Positions 1 through 15,720 of a DNA stretch of 64,000 nucleotides are shown here, piece by piece. Below the pieces are notes generated by a model that had not been told where the DNA came from, did no database searches, and saw only the letters and a program-made list of their open reading frames with translations. Each line of letters opens with the position of its first letter. Position 1 is the stretch's first letter. The translations under genes and the position numbers were made by a program. The stretch comes from the human T2T-CHM13v2.0 reference genome, Homo sapiens: assembly GCF_009914755.1 (NCBI RefSeq), contig NC_060947.1. One strand, written 5' to 3'.

Positions 1-796
1 AAAAAGAAATTCATGAAATCCTCAAAACAGAATTCAAATTATTGGTTCTAAATAAGCTCAGTGAAATACAAGTTAATTCTAAAAATTGATAGAAAGGGAT
101 CAGATAAACAATTCAGGATATGAATAAGAAATTTACCAAGGAGATACATATCATCAAAAAGGGCAAAACAGAAATTCTGGAACCACAGAATTCATTGAAT
201 GAAATACAAAGTATGTTTGAAAGCTTCAGCAATAGACTAAATCAAACAGAAGAAAGAACCTTAGAAATTGAAGATAGGTCTTTTGCAAGAAGCCAGTCAG
301 AAAAAATAAAGAAAAAATAATTTTAAAAGAATGAGTAAAGGTTGTGTGACATATGGGACACCACAAAGTGACCAAATATTCCAATTATCAAGATCCCAGA
401 AGGCAATGAGCAAACAATAAGGTTAGAAAACCTATTTTTAGAAAAAGAATAGGTGAAAACTTCTCAAGTCTGGCAAGAGATTTACACATCTAGATACAAG
501 AAGCTCTGAGATCCACAAACAGATAAAATGCAAAAAAGGTTTTCTTCACAGTGCATAATAGTCAATCTGCCAAAAGTCAAAGACAAAGAGATTACACTAA
601 AAACAGCAATATATATATTTTTAGCTATGACGAAATTCCCATCAGACTAAATCAGATTTCTCTGCAGAAACATTACAAGCCAAGAGGAGAATGGGATGAT
701 ATTTTAAAAGTGCTGAAAGTAAAACACTGAGAGCCAAAGATACTCTGTCCAGAAAAATTATCCTTCATAAATGAAGGGAAAATAAAGTATTTTCCA

Positions 797-1760
<964 letters not shown>

Positions 1761-2486
1761 TCCAGATAAGCAAAAGCTGCGGAAATTCCTCATCACTACA
1801 CTGGCCCTACAAGGAATACTCAAGGGAGCTCTAAACATGGAAGCAAAAGGATGCCGTTTACCATGATGGAAACACACGCAAGTATCAAACTCACAGGAAA
1901 AACCAACACACAAATGAGAAAGAGAAAGGTCTTAAGTGGTACCACTACAAGAAACCACTAAAGTGCAGTGACAAATAATAACAGAAAAAGAAAGGAAAAA
2001 TAGAATATACCAAACAATTAGAACACAATTCACACTATGATAGGGACAAAACTTCTCATATGAATAATATCCTTTAATGTAAATGGATTAAACCCTCTGG
2101 TTAAAACAGATAAACTAGTTAAGTGGATTAAAAAATAAACATGGTCCAACTCTGTGCTGTCTACAAGAAACACAATTTACCTGTAAAGGCACCTAAGATT
2201 GAAAGGGATCTGAAAAAGATATTCCACGTAAATGGAAACCAAAAGCAAGCAGGAGTAACTATACGTATTAGATAAAACAGACTTTGAGTCAAAAATGGTA
2301 AAGGAAAAGATAAAGAATGCCATTATATAATGATCAAGGAATCAATCTTATCTTATGAGAGGATATAACAATTCTCAATATGTATGCACGCAACCCTGGA
2401 GCACCAAGCTAAATAACACAAATATTACTCAATATAAAGAGAGATAAACTGCAATACAATAAGAATGGGAGATTTTAACAACCTAC

Positions 2487-2933
2487 TGTGAACTCCAAAT
2501 ATCTGGGACAGGTCCCAGTCCATTTATAAAGTTTGTTTTCCCAAGGGTAAGGACGTGCACCTGTGGCCCACACAGCCTCAGGAGGTCACGATGACATGTG
2601 CCCAAGGTGTTTGGGACACAGCTTGGTTTTACACATTTTAAAAAGACACGAGACATCAAGCAATATATGTAAGATGAACATTGGTTCATTCTGGAAAGGT
2701 GGAACAACTCAAATCAGGCAGGGGGCTTCCAGGTCATAGGTAGACAATGGTTGCATTCTTTTGAGTTTCTAATTAGCCTTTCGAAAGGAGGCAGTCAGAT
2801 ACGCATTTATCTCAGTGAGCAGAGGGATGACTTTGAATAGAATAGGAGGCAGGTTTGCCCTAAGCAGTGCCCAGCTTGACTTTTCTTTTTAGTTTGATGA
2901 TTTTGGGGCTCCAAGATTTATTTTCCTTTCACA
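2487..2933 (-). mobile_element. MER4A-type solo LTR
   Basis: Reverse complement begins TGTGAAAGGAAAATAAATCTTGG; TSD CTAC on both sides. Confidence 0.85.
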
Positions 2934-3504
2934 CTACTCTCAGCATAGAAAGATCATGTGTATAGAAAACCAACACAGAAACAGTGGATGTAAACTGGAT
3001 TTTAGAAAATAAACCTAACAGACATTTACATAGCATGTTATCCAACAATTGCAGAATAGGCATTCTTCTCATAAACACATGTAATATTCTCCAGGATAGA
3101 TAATATTAGTTCACAAAACAAGTCTAAATATGTTTTAAAAAATCAAAGTCATATCAAGTATGTTTACAGACTACAATGGAATAAACTGGAAATCAATGCC
3201 AAGAGGAACTTTGGAAACTATACAATTACATGGAAATTAAACAACATGCCACAAAGTCATTGAACAAATTCATGTGCAAATCAAAAAAATTCTTGAAAAA
3301 ATTAAAATGGAAACAAAGCATACCAAAGCCTAAAGGACTCAGCAAGATCAAAACTAAGAGGGAAGTTTATACCAATAATTACCACCATCAAAAAGCAGAG
3401 ATATTTCAAATCAATAATTAACAATGCACCTCAAGGACTGAGAAAAGCAAGAATGAACTAAACCTAAAATTAGAAAAAGAGAAGAAATAATAAAGATCAA
3501 AGCA

Positions 3505-3836
<332 letters not shown>

Positions 3837-4033
3837 TTAAATATAGACTTAAGAGCATAACTAAATTAAATATAGACTTAAAATACAAATAATTAACAAA
3901 AATAAAAAGTGAGTTTTTTTGAAAACATACAACAAAAGATAAACCACCAGCAAGATTAACCACATGAAGAATGGAGAAGTCCCAATTAAACAAAATTGGA
4001 AATAAATAAGGAGACATTAGAACTGATATCACA

Positions 4034-4341
<308 letters not shown>

Positions 4342-5622
4342 AACTGATATCACAGAAATACAAGAGATATTAGAGACTTGTGAACAACTATTTGCGAACA
4401 AACTAGGAAACCTACAGGAAATGGATGAATTCTTGGAAACATACAACCTACCAAGGTTGAATCAGGAAGAAATGAAAAAGCAAAACAAACCAATAACAAG
4501 TAGCAAGATTGAATCAGTAACGACAAATCTCACAACAAAGAAAACCCCAGGACTTGAATTCACAGCCAAATTCTATCAAATGCATACAGAAAAATGAATA
4601 CAAATCCTCCTAAAACTATTCAAAAATATGGTAGAGAAGGGAATTTTACATATATTATTCTACAAGACCATCAATACCCTGATACCAAAACCAAACAAGC
4701 ACACAACACAAATATGACAAAACTACAAACCAATAACTCTGATGAACGTAGATGCAAATACCCTCGAAAGATACTACTAGCAAACCAGATTCAACAGCAC
4801 ATCAAAAAGATAATACATCATGATCAAGTGGGATCAATATCAGGGATGTAATGATGGTTTAACAAATGCAAATGAATAAACATGAGACATATTCAGATGT
4901 CCTTCAACTAAATAAAGGACAAAAACTATGTAATCATATCAACAGATGCAGAAAAATCATTTTATGATGTTCAACATCTCTTCATGGTAAAATCTCCCGA
5001 CAGTCTAGGGATAAAAGGACCATACCTCAAAATAATAAACACTGTACGTGACAAACCCACAGCTAACATCATACAGAATGGGGAAAAGTTGAAAGTCTCT
5101 CCTCTAAGAACAGGGATAAGACAAAGACGTTAACTTTCACCATTCCTATTCCACATAGTAATGGAATTCCTAGCCAGCACAATTTCACAACAGGAAGAAA
5201 TAAAAGCCATCTAAATTTTAAAAAGAGGAAGTCAAATTGTCCCTCATTGCAGATGACATGATCTTATATTTAGAAATACCAGAAGACTTAACCAAACTTT
5301 ATTAGAGCTGAGAAAGAAGTTCTGTGAAGTTGCAGGATACAAAAATAAACATACAAAATTCATTAGACTTCCTGTGTACCAAAATGATGAAATACTTGTA
5401 AAAGGAATAAAAAAGGAAGTACCATTCACAATAGCTAAAAAACACCTGTGAATAAATTTAACCAAGGCAGTGAAAGATCTCTACAGGGAAAACTATAAAA
5501 CATTAATGGTTGAAATTAAAGAGGGCATGAACACATAGAAAAGCATCCCATGCTCATGAGTCAGAATAATTAATATTATTAAAACGACCATACTATCCAA
5601 AAGTAATCTACATATTCAATGC

Positions 5623-5894
5623 TGTGCAGTATCCGACTCTGGAGCCCAGGTTGTTGTTCGCCAGTCTGATGGTGAATCCTCCGTAGGCTGGTGAGTGTAA
5701 ATATCTTTTCCCTTATCCCCATCCCATTGCAGTTTGCTTATTATATCAATCTACTTATTATATCATTTGCTTATTTTTATATCATTTGCTTATTATATCT
5801 GCATTGCTATTTACATGGGATAAAGGTTGTTTACCCTTAAAGGTATTGTGTGTGTGTCTTTTCTTCTCTCCTCGCGCATTTCCCACACAGAACA
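5623..5894. mobile_element. Short solo LTR (ERVL-class-like) inside L1 ORF2
   Basis: TG...CA ends, 5-bp TSD AATGC/AATGT, L1 sequence continuous on either side. Confidence 0.65.
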
Positions 5895-6159
5895 AATGTC
5901 ACTCCTATAAAATGTCCAATGGCATTTTTCACAGAAATAGAAAAAACAAATCTCAAAAATTGTATTGAACCAAAAAAGAGCCTGAATAGCCAAAGCAATC
6001 CTGAGCAAAAAGAACAAAGCTGGAGGCATCACAGTACCTCACGGGAAAATATGTTACAAAGCTACAGAAAACAAAACAGAATGGTATTGGTATAAAATAG
6101 ACACATAGGCCAATGGACCAGAATAGAAAATCTAGAAATAAATCCTCAATTATACCCTC

Positions 6160-9100
6160 AAATTAGGTTTCCAGACTTTTCATTTTTCTTCTCTCTCAGG
6201 AACACCAGTGATTCTTGTTTGGCCATTTTACATAATTGTATATTTCTTGGAGACTTTGGTCATTTATTTTGATTTGTTTTTCTTTATTATTGCCTGAATG
6301 GGTTAATTTAAAAGGCCTGTCTTTGAGCTCTGAAAGTATTTCTTCTACTTGTTCTAGTCGATTGTTGAAACTTTCCACTGCATTTTGTAATTTTTTAATA
6401 TCCAGAAGTTCTGATTGGTTTTTCTTTGTGATATCTATCTCTCTAGCCAATTTTTCATTCATAAACTGCTTTTATTAATTTTCGTGTGATGGTTTTTACC
6501 TTTCTCTGGTATCTCCTTGAGTGGCTTAATAATCCACCTTCTGAATTCTTTATCTGGTATTTCAAAGATTTTTATCTTGATTTGGATTCACTGCTGGCAA
6601 ACTAGTGTGCTCTTTTGGGGGCTGTTATAGAACCCTATTTTGTCATATTACCAGAGTTACTTTTCTGGATGCTTTTCATTTGGGTACAATATTTCTTCTA
6701 ATTATTCTTGAATTTTTGTTTGGTTTTACTGTGCTTTTTAAATTTCTTTTTTCCCCTTATGGATGTGACTTTAATGCTTACAGTTAATTATAGCCTAATT
6801 TGGTTTTGGTGCTTTCTTGAGTGAAGATTCTGTAAGAGGTCCTTGGTTATAGGGAGTGTTTGTATGATAGATTTCTTGTATGTTGGTTGTAGTAGCAATG
6901 TGCTTGGTGTATGAGCAAGTTCACTGTCTCCTATGGGGTTAGAATGGTAGAGTCCTCTTGAAGCTTATCTCCTTCCTCCATGGCATGCTATTTTTAATTA
7001 ACTTTCCCCAGTATTTTATTCACTAGGTTGATGGTTGAGGCCTCAGGTCAGTATGGGGGATGTCCCTGGAAAGAAACCAGTTCTGGCTAAAGCAGGTCAG
7101 TAAATGCAATACCCAATGCTGGGCAGAGGCCCCAGCCTTGACCGAGGTTGCTTGAGGAGCTCTCAGTGAGTTGCACTGAGGTCTTATCGGGTAAAGGGTT
7201 GGAGCCACCTCAGCTCCCCTGCTGGGTCATCAGGAAAACTATCCACCTCTCAGACACACTCCTGTCCCTGTGCTCTGGCTATTCAGATCAAACAGGCACC
7301 TCCTTTTATCTGCAGGAATGTTGATATTCCAACTAGACAGGAATTGCGATTCTGTCTCTCATGTAAGTCTGAACCTGGGGTGGCGCTCCTCCTGTGACAT
7401 GTTCCAGAAGTGCTGTTTATAGTTGCACCCACATCGAGATCATGTGGGAGAAGTACCAACTGTGCCTGTGGTGGTGAATGAGAAGGAAAAGGCAGCCCCT
7501 ACTCCAAGACCCTTCACGTGCATCAGAGCTGTCTGACTGTTGGACTTGGGCTGCAGACATTCCCTGTTGAGCCCAGCACTGCAACTGTGTCTCTGCTGAA
7601 AGAAACTTCCCACCAGCAGAAAGATCTGGTGCTCAAGGTCTGCCATCCAGATCCTTTCTCTTATGTGGTGTTCCCTTGCTGTGGTGCACTCCTCCTTTCC
7701 CTAGGAGTGAGAATCCCTGGGAGCCAGACTACTGTGAGTATTGTTGCTCCTCTGGGTCTAGCTACCCAGCGAACTTGCCACACTCCAGGCTGGTGCTAGC
7801 AAATATGATCAAGGGATGCAGTGATGCGACCTGTCCTGAAGGCTTCTAGCAGTGGGTAGCAGCACCAGCTCTAATGGGGGTAGCAGTGGAGTGACGTAGA
7901 TTCTGTGAGATTCCTTGGTTATTGATAGCCTTAGTGTGTTGGCTTTCTCGAACGCAGGTTACAGTAGTAATGAACTGGTCACGTGGACAGACTCAGGACC
8001 TCCTGGTTAGCCAGAATGGTGCAGGCAGTTGTGATAGCCGAGGTCACACAGCCATTTGCTCTTTGCTGGATGCAGTGCTATTCTACCAGGAGATGCTGTA
8101 ATGGACTGTGTTGGTGGGCCTCTAGCCAGGACCTAGGGCTTGCAAAAGAGCACCAGCTGCAGCAATAGCAGTGGGATTTTTGCTTGCCTTATGTTGCCCA
8201 GGGGGTACCCTGGTTTCTCTGGCAATGGGCAGGGTCATATGGCTCCCCAGAGTTTTTGTACGTTGTGTTAAGCTACCAGGACAGGTGACAGGGCAAAGCC
8301 AGGTGGGGGCTAGATCGGGTGGGTTTGCATTCTGACTTTCCATGGGTAGGGCAAGCAGCAGTCCCTGTGAGTGTTGGGGGCATAGGGGAAGTTCTCAGGC
8401 CACTGGCTTGATGTTCTACAGGGGAGCATTGCTGCCTCTGCTGCACAGAAGAGTGGGGAGTAGCAGGCATCAGTAAGCCCCACACAGATGTCACTCAATT
8501 TGCAAGGCAGACCCACTCCCACCTACAGTGTTCCACTGGCAGCAGGGAGCTGAGTTGCAGACAGCCTGCACTCAGAACTCACAACTGCCCCAGGTTATAA
8601 GCTTTCCCTGCAGAGATAGCAACGACAGCTTTCAGGCTGTGCCCCTTCCGCATCTGCCTGCAAAACTGAGTGCCTGACTCCTGCACTCTCACTCCTGGCT
8701 GCAGCCCACTTTTCACTTGCCCTGCCCCTGCCCCTGCCCCTGACCAAGGGGCTTTGTTCTCACCAGAGGTTATATTGTGAAACCCAATCGGGGTCTTCCT
8801 TCAACCTGAAACCACTGCCTGAACTATTTGGCTGACCTCCACATCGCCCCCTATGAGGAACAATAAGTAATGTCTTCCCTCAATCCACGCTGGAGATTGG
8901 GAGTGCACACAAGCATCTTCCCATTGCTACTTCTAGTTTTATATTCTATGACCCTTCCCAACTCAGTTCTTGTGCTGAGTAGGGTTAAGGCTTTCCTCTG
9001 TGGTCTGGACTTTCAGGCTCCCTGGTGTGTGTGTATCTTCAAGGCAAACTCTCCCCCTCTTACACTCCGGGGACTCACAGCCCTTTATCTGACTCATAGT

Positions 9101-9295
9101 GTAGGTTGCAGCCTGCTGCTTCCCTCAGAGGGGTCTGTGGATTCCTTCAACTTTTATGTTCAGTTTCTGCATCACTTAAAAAGTTCACAGTGTGAATCTC
9201 TACTCACGATTTTGTCCCTCCAACTAGGAGAGGTATGCTAGCAATGGCAGATTAGAGGTATGCTGGCGATGCCTCGAACCTGCCATATTGGAAAA
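6160..9295 (-). mobile_element. Old LINE-1 5' portion (long GC-richer 5'UTR plus N-terminal ORF1)
   Basis: ORF 6196..6462(-) resembles ORF1 coiled coil (LQNAVESFNNRLEQVEE); 5' end CCAATATGGC resembles L1 start. Confidence 0.8.
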
Positions 9296-10654
9296 CAAAA
9301 CAACACAAAACAAAACAAAACCTAGTATGTAATGTTAACAGGAATTGTTCAAGCAGTGATGCAAGTTACTTTAATGAAGTAAAGTTAAATGTCAAGAGAA
9401 TCAAATCTAATTGTACATTAGCATATGTGCAAAGTAACAGATATAGGTCACAAGATAAGAACTCAATCCAAATGGGAACGAAGGAAGCAAACAGGAATAC
9501 AGTTCCCATACCAAATTAGCAGGTTCATATAAAGAGTATATTAGAGCGATGGCTATAACCAAATGGCAAAATTTTGAAAGCAAATGTTCTAATCTCAGAA
9601 TACCATTCTGCATCTTATAGAAGAATAAATGGTTGTATACTGGAAGTCAGAGGTAGGAACCCGCTTGTTAGCTCTCTTGGGACTCCAGCAGTTGCTCACA
9701 GCAGATACAAAAACTGAATATCAAGAGGTTAGGTAGGGCTAACTTGGATCTGATATAAAAATTTCATTTGTTATAAAGGACCATGAAAGCATTAAAAGAG
9801 ACTTTTCTGTATCTGTAGTAAAGCCCTGGCATTTTGGCTTCTAAATTTCATAGTCTACCTTTCTAGCTGAGTTCAAAATATAGTCAAGCTCTTTTCCACT
9901 TGATAATTTCCTTGTTATTCCATTTGAACTTTCTTCACCTAATTAGGTAATGTCCTTGAGATCTGCAATTCTCAGCACCACAAGCCCTCTTATTAACTTC
10001 AAGGGGAAAAAACAGGTGACATTACTGTCCCTTTTCTTCCTTTCATCCATTTGAGTAGTTTGATCCAATTAGAAGAGACCTCTGTGAGAAATGGGTATAC
10101 TTAGAGCTCAAAACATATTTGCATATGACAACATTTGGGGATAATAATAATAATTGTTTTCTAAACAGCCATAAACTTAATCTTCTAAAAAGCAAATATA
10201 AAAGCCATTTTAAATTGGAATATTATTTTCAGTAAGCAAAGCTGAAAATCAAGTTAAGTGTACAGTCTGATTCCAAAAGCAACATTCGTGTTTCTGTCTG
10301 CCACTTTTGATATATAGTCTTGCCTGAAGCATTCTGTTTGACTTTTTCAGTGTCAAACTCAAATGACATTTTTCTAAGATTGATATTAAAAAATTTAACT
10401 TCTTTCTTGCCAAAATGAGAGAAACATCTGTAAACAACTTTTAAGATTCGTTGGCTTTATCCTAAAACAAAATGATAAGGTCAGTGATTTTAGACTTTAT
10501 CTATCTGTTGCATCTTCTGTCTTTGAAGAAGGATATTTGGAAATGTTCAATTTGCTCTCCAGAAAAACAAATCTAAGGATTTAAAAAAATACGCCATAGC
10601 ACTTATTATACTGTATTAGAATTAACATGATGTGAGCTATTTGGAAGAAAGGTA

Positions 10655-11180
10655 TAAAAACCAATCTTCAAGATAGCACCATGATTATCCTTACCTATTG
10701 TATTCATGCTCCTAGGTTGTCCTCATCCACAGTGAATCAGGGTTAGCCTGGTATAACCAGTAGAATATGGCAGAAGTGGCAGTATTGACTTCCAAGACTG
10801 CCATAAAGAGCATTGCAGCTTCCACACTGGTCTCTTATCATTCATTCTGGGAAAAGCCAATTGCCATGTTAGAAGACCAAGAAGAGCCTAATGTAGAGTC
10901 CTCCATGGAGAGGAACTGACTCCTTCTGCTCTCAGGCAGCATGATCTTGCCAGCCATGTAAGTAAACCACCTTTAAAATGTATCCCCCACACAGGGTCAA
11001 GCCTTCAGATGACTACAACTCTGACACCTGGTTGAGAAACATGGAGCCACAACTGTACAGTCAAGTGCTCCTGAAATTCCTGACCCTGAGAAACTATAAG
11101 AAGTACTGAAAACATATTGGTGTTTTAAGCCACTAAAGTTTGGTACTATTTGTTGGGCAGCAAAAAATAACAAATCCATA
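10655..11180 (+). mobile_element. MLT1 (MaLR) LTR
   Basis: Typical MLT1 3' motifs (CCTGACCCTGAGAAACT...TTTTAAGCCACTAAAGTTTGG). Confidence 0.7.
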
Positions 11181-11740
11181 AGAGATTGTGTCTGACTTTT
11201 TAGCAAGTACTGTCCTCCAATAAATGTTTTTTATTTAATGAATGAATAAATGAATGATAGAATTTAATAGATAAATAGAGAGAATGATAGAATAGATAGA
11301 ATAAATAGAATGAATTAATAGAAGTAGAAAATCTCTAAAAAACAATGGTGACTTATAAGTATCCCCTCTGACTTGGGAATCATAAGAATTCCCCAGTCTG
11401 AAACACCTCTGGTTGGCCTCCGGGAATGTGACTCATTGGAAAAAAGACCCTTTCCTAATTTTTCTCAGTCTATCATACCACAATTAATATCAATGCAAAT
11501 GAAAACATAGTATTCTCCTCCTAATTACTCCTGCATTACCACGATGTTTCGCTGGCCGAAGTTTAATGGGATTACTTAACTTTTAGGATCCTAAATTTTG
11601 TTAGGGGTTGCAAGGGTACTTGGTCATTTCATAAGATCTGTCTGCATTTGCCTGCATTTGTCTTCTTTTCAATGAAAGCTCATTTACTATGCTAACCATT
11701 TTATAAAGCAGTATTTTACGTGGTGAGAAATCTGCTTATT

Positions 11741-12037
11741 TATTTATTTATTTTTGAGATGGAGTTCACCCTGTCATCCAGGCTGGAGTGCAGTGTGTGA
11801 TCTCGTCTCACTGCAACCTCCACCTCCTGGGTTCAAGTGGTTCTCCTGCCTCAGCCCCACGAGTAGCTGGGATTATACAGGCAAATGCCACCATGCCTGG
11901 CCAATTTTTGTATTTTTTGTAGAGACAGGGTTTCACCGTATTGGCCAGGCTGGTCTCGAACTCCTGACGTCAAATAATCCACCCGCCTCGGCCTCCCATA
12001 GTGCTGGGATTACAGGCGTGAGCAACCGTACCCAGCC
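11741..12037 (-). mobile_element. AluS
   Basis: Antisense Alu with (TTTA)n tail; degenerate TSD AAATCTGCTTATT/AAATCTACTCATT. Confidence 0.95.
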
Positions 12038-12746
12038 AAAATCTACTCATTTATTTTCTATTTTACCTCATAAAATAGCCATTGATAAACCCCTTATTTA
12101 AAATGAAAGATTCTTCCAAAGCTATTCTAATGTGGTTACTTATGAAGTGTTATTTATAACTTATTATAATCTATAATATCCTATTTGAAAACAGTCAATT
12201 AATAATTTTGACTAAATAAACAGGTCAACTTAACAAGCAGTCAATTCTCCAAGCCAATACATTGTTTTAAGGTTTTTATCCTCCTATCTTGACCAATCTT
12301 GTATACTGAATTGACTCGGTGTTTTAGTGTCATGGATACACAAACATTAATATGCCAATAGTAATCTAAATTAAACTCTGATGACATGATTTACCAGTAG
12401 ATCTGCATTTTAGACATTATGTACTATACAAATCTCACCCATTTTCATTTTGTCTTTTTTTTCATTCATGAATGTTTCAGATGCATACAAAAATAGAAAA
12501 CAAATATGACACCTATCCAGATTTAAAAGATATTAAAATTTTGCCTTATTTGTAGCCAATATTTAAAAGAAATTGAAGCACTAACCCAAATAGTTTTTCT
12601 TTTCCCCATGGAACATTTGTATATTGTTGCAATGTCAATTTTTGTAATTTTACTCCATATTTATTTGTGTTTATATACGATATATGGTATTGTTGTGTGT
12701 GATTCAAAAACATACATGAGCTGGAAAAAAAAAGCTAATAAGTCTA

Positions 12747-13118
12747 TGATATGGTTTGGGTCTGTGTCCCCACCCAAATGTCCTGTAAAATTTGGAGGTG
12801 GGGCCTAGTGGAAGTGATTAGATCATGGGATCAGATTTCCCCTTTAGTGTTGTTCTCCTGATAGTGAGGGAGTTATCCCAAGATCTGGCTGTTTAAAAGT
12901 GTGTGGCCCTTCCCCCTCTCTCTTTTCCCCCTGCTCTCCCCATGTAGGGCGTGCCTGCTTCCCCTTTGCCTTCCGTCATAATTATAAGTTTTCTGAGGCT
13001 TCCCCAGCCATGCTTCCTGTACAGCCTGTGTAACTTTGAGCCAATTAAGCTTCTTTTTTTAAATAAATTACCCAGCCTCAGGAATTTCTTTATAGTAGTG
13101 CAAGAACAGACTAATACA
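12747..13118 (+). mobile_element. MSTA-like MaLR solo LTR within old antisense L1M
   Basis: TGATATGGTTTG...CTAATACA; 5-bp TSD GTCTA/GCCTA. Confidence 0.85.
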
Positions 13119-13908
13119 GCCTAATAAAAACTTAAGGCTAGTATTAATAAAAACTACATTAGTCTTTGTAGATAATTTTGTAAACTCCTTCAACATTATT
13201 ATTTTAAGAGTTATTGATGTTAATTCAAGTAAACCTAGTTCATTCATTTTTATTGTCACATATACCTATATCACAGTTAATTTTCCATTTCTCTATTGAC
13301 GGACATTTTAGATTGCTCCCTATTTTTGGATATTATAGTAGACGTGGAATGAAATCCTTAAGTATGTCTTAAATGTAAACTCAAGACTTTCTCTGTGACA
13401 TATATCCAAGAATATAATTGCTGAAAGGAGGGCATATGCTTCTGCAAGTATAACTAGGTTTCAGCAAACTGTTCTCTACAGTTACTGTATCAATATACAG
13501 CCTTATTAAAATGTGAGTTTTCATTTCCTCACATTTCTGTCAATTGTTGTTGGGAGACCCTTTAATTTTTGCCAACTTGATGGGTGTGAAATTGTATCTT
13601 AGTATTGTTTCAATTGTATTTTTCTGAATAGTAAGGCTTTGAAAATGTTTTCATTTTTAATGGCTATTCTGAATTTTTCTGTTACTTTTCTAATAGTTGT
13701 TTTAATCATTTGCAAATATAATCTCTTGATCTGTGGTTTGTTATTTTGTGATGACATTTTTAGCATGAACAAATCTCATATTTTAATGTAGTATAATTTA
13801 TTAATTTTCTTTTTATGATTTGTGTTCTTAGTGTCTTGTTTAAAAAATTCTTCTGTACTGTAAGGCAATAAAGATGAAGATACTATCCTATATTTTAATC
13901 TAAGAGTT

Positions 13909-14355
13909 TGTGAAATGAAAATAAATCTTTGGGTCTCCAAATCACCAAGATAAAGGGAAAAGTCAGGCTGGGAACTGTAGGGCAACCCTGCCTCCCATTG
14001 TATCCAAAGTCATCCTTCTGCTCCCTGAGATAAATGCATATCTGATTGCCTCCTTTGGAGAAGCTAATCAGAAACTCAAAAGAATGCAACCATTTGTCTC
14101 TTATCTACCTATAACCTGGAAGGCCCTCCCTGCTTGAGTAGTCCTGCTTTTCTAGACCGAACCAATGTTCAGCTTACATATGTTGATTGATGTCTCATGT
14201 CTCCCTAAAATGTATAAAACCAAGCTGTGCCCTGACCACCTTGGGCATGTGTCATCAGGACCTCCGGAGGCTGTGCTATGGGCGTGCATCTTTAAATTTG
14301 GCAAAATAAACTTCCTAAATTGACTGAGACCTGTCTCAGATTTTTGGGGTTCACA
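13909..14355 (+). mobile_element. MER4A-type solo LTR
   Basis: TGTGAAATGAAAATAAATC...GGTTCACA; TSD AGTT. Confidence 0.85.
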
Positions 14356-15106
14356 AGTTCCACAGGTTTTTTTCATATTGGTCTTTAATTCATTCAGAAT
14401 TTATCTTCCTATACAATATGGAATAGTGACTCAACTCATATCTGCTTCTCAAATATGGATAGCCAATTATCAAAAACCCATTATCGAATGACCCTTGCTT
14501 TTACTATTGATTTGAAGGATATAATAACATACAAATTTCCAAGTATATATGTAAAACTATTTCTGTATGCACCGTTTCCTACCGTTTATCTCTTTTTCCT
14601 TATTTTTGAATGAGTATCTCATTGTATAAATACTGTAGCTTTCTAATAAGTCCGAATTTCAGTTGGAAAAGCATCCCATTTCCTCATTTGAAGTTGTCTA
14701 GACTATTTTTGGCCTTTACTATTTGAATGAATTGCAAAAGATTTCAACTGCAGGTATCCAAAGACTCAAATGTATAAGATTTAAGCACACCTTTCACACA
14801 TAAAAAGAATTCTGCTTATTCTGCATGTAGATAGCTGCCTGCGTTGTTTCAGCATCGCAGTAATGTCAGGACTGGGGCCCGTTTAATTCCCTTGGTCTTT
14901 GCCTCAATAGTGGAAGTTGTCTGCCACACCTCCAAGTAACATGTTCCCTTTGAAGGCATTGTAGGGGGAATGTGTGGCCCCTACCCAGTGTCTTATTAGG
15001 AAATCAAAGGCCTTATGAGAAGCCCCCGGCAGATTTTTATGTATCCCTGGGCAAAACAGGATCTCATATTTAAATCTTGCAACAAAAGAGTCGAGGAAGA
15101 GGTGTG

Positions 15107-15367
15107 TGTTATGGTTTGAATGTTTGTGTCTCCTCCAAAATTCGTGTTGAAACTTCAATCCCCTGTGTGGTAGTATTTAAAGGTGGGGTCTTTGAGAGGG
15201 AGAGGATCAGGAGAAATAACTAATGGATGCGAGGCTTAATACCTGGGTGATGAAATAATCTGTACAACAAACCCCATGAAACAGGTTTACCTATGTAACA
15301 AACCTGCACACCCTGCACACATTCCCCTAAACTTAAAAGTTAAAAATAAAAGAAATAAGACATGCAA

Positions 15368-15408
<41 letters not shown>

Positions 15409-15720
15409 CGTAATTAAGTCACAAGGGCTTTGTCTTCATGAATGCAATTAGTAACCCTATAAAAGGTCTGGGGGGAACTAATTAGTTCCTTTTGTTCTTT
15501 CATCCTTTCTGCCATGTGAGGACACAGCATTTATCTCCTTTGAATGATGCAGCAACGTGGGGGCCATCTTGGAAGCAAAGATGGGGCCCTCACCAGTCAT
15601 CAATCCTACTGTTGCCTTAATCTTGGACTTTCACTCTCCAGAATTGCGAGAAATAAATTTGTTGCTTATGAATTACCCAGTCTTGGGTATTTGTTATAGC
15701 AGTATAAATGGACTAGGACA
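15107..15720 (+). mobile_element. MST/MLT1A-type LTR interrupted by a short L1PA 3' end (~15199-15360) and (CA)n
   Basis: TGTTATGGTTTGAATG start, GGACTAGGACA end; internal CCTATGTAACAAACCTGCAC L1 3'UTR motif. Confidence 0.75.

Noticed and set aside
5735-5800. Short repeated TTGCTTATTATATC units resembling a spaced array
   Set aside because: Degenerate tandem repeat inside an LTR with no unique spacers; not CRISPR-like
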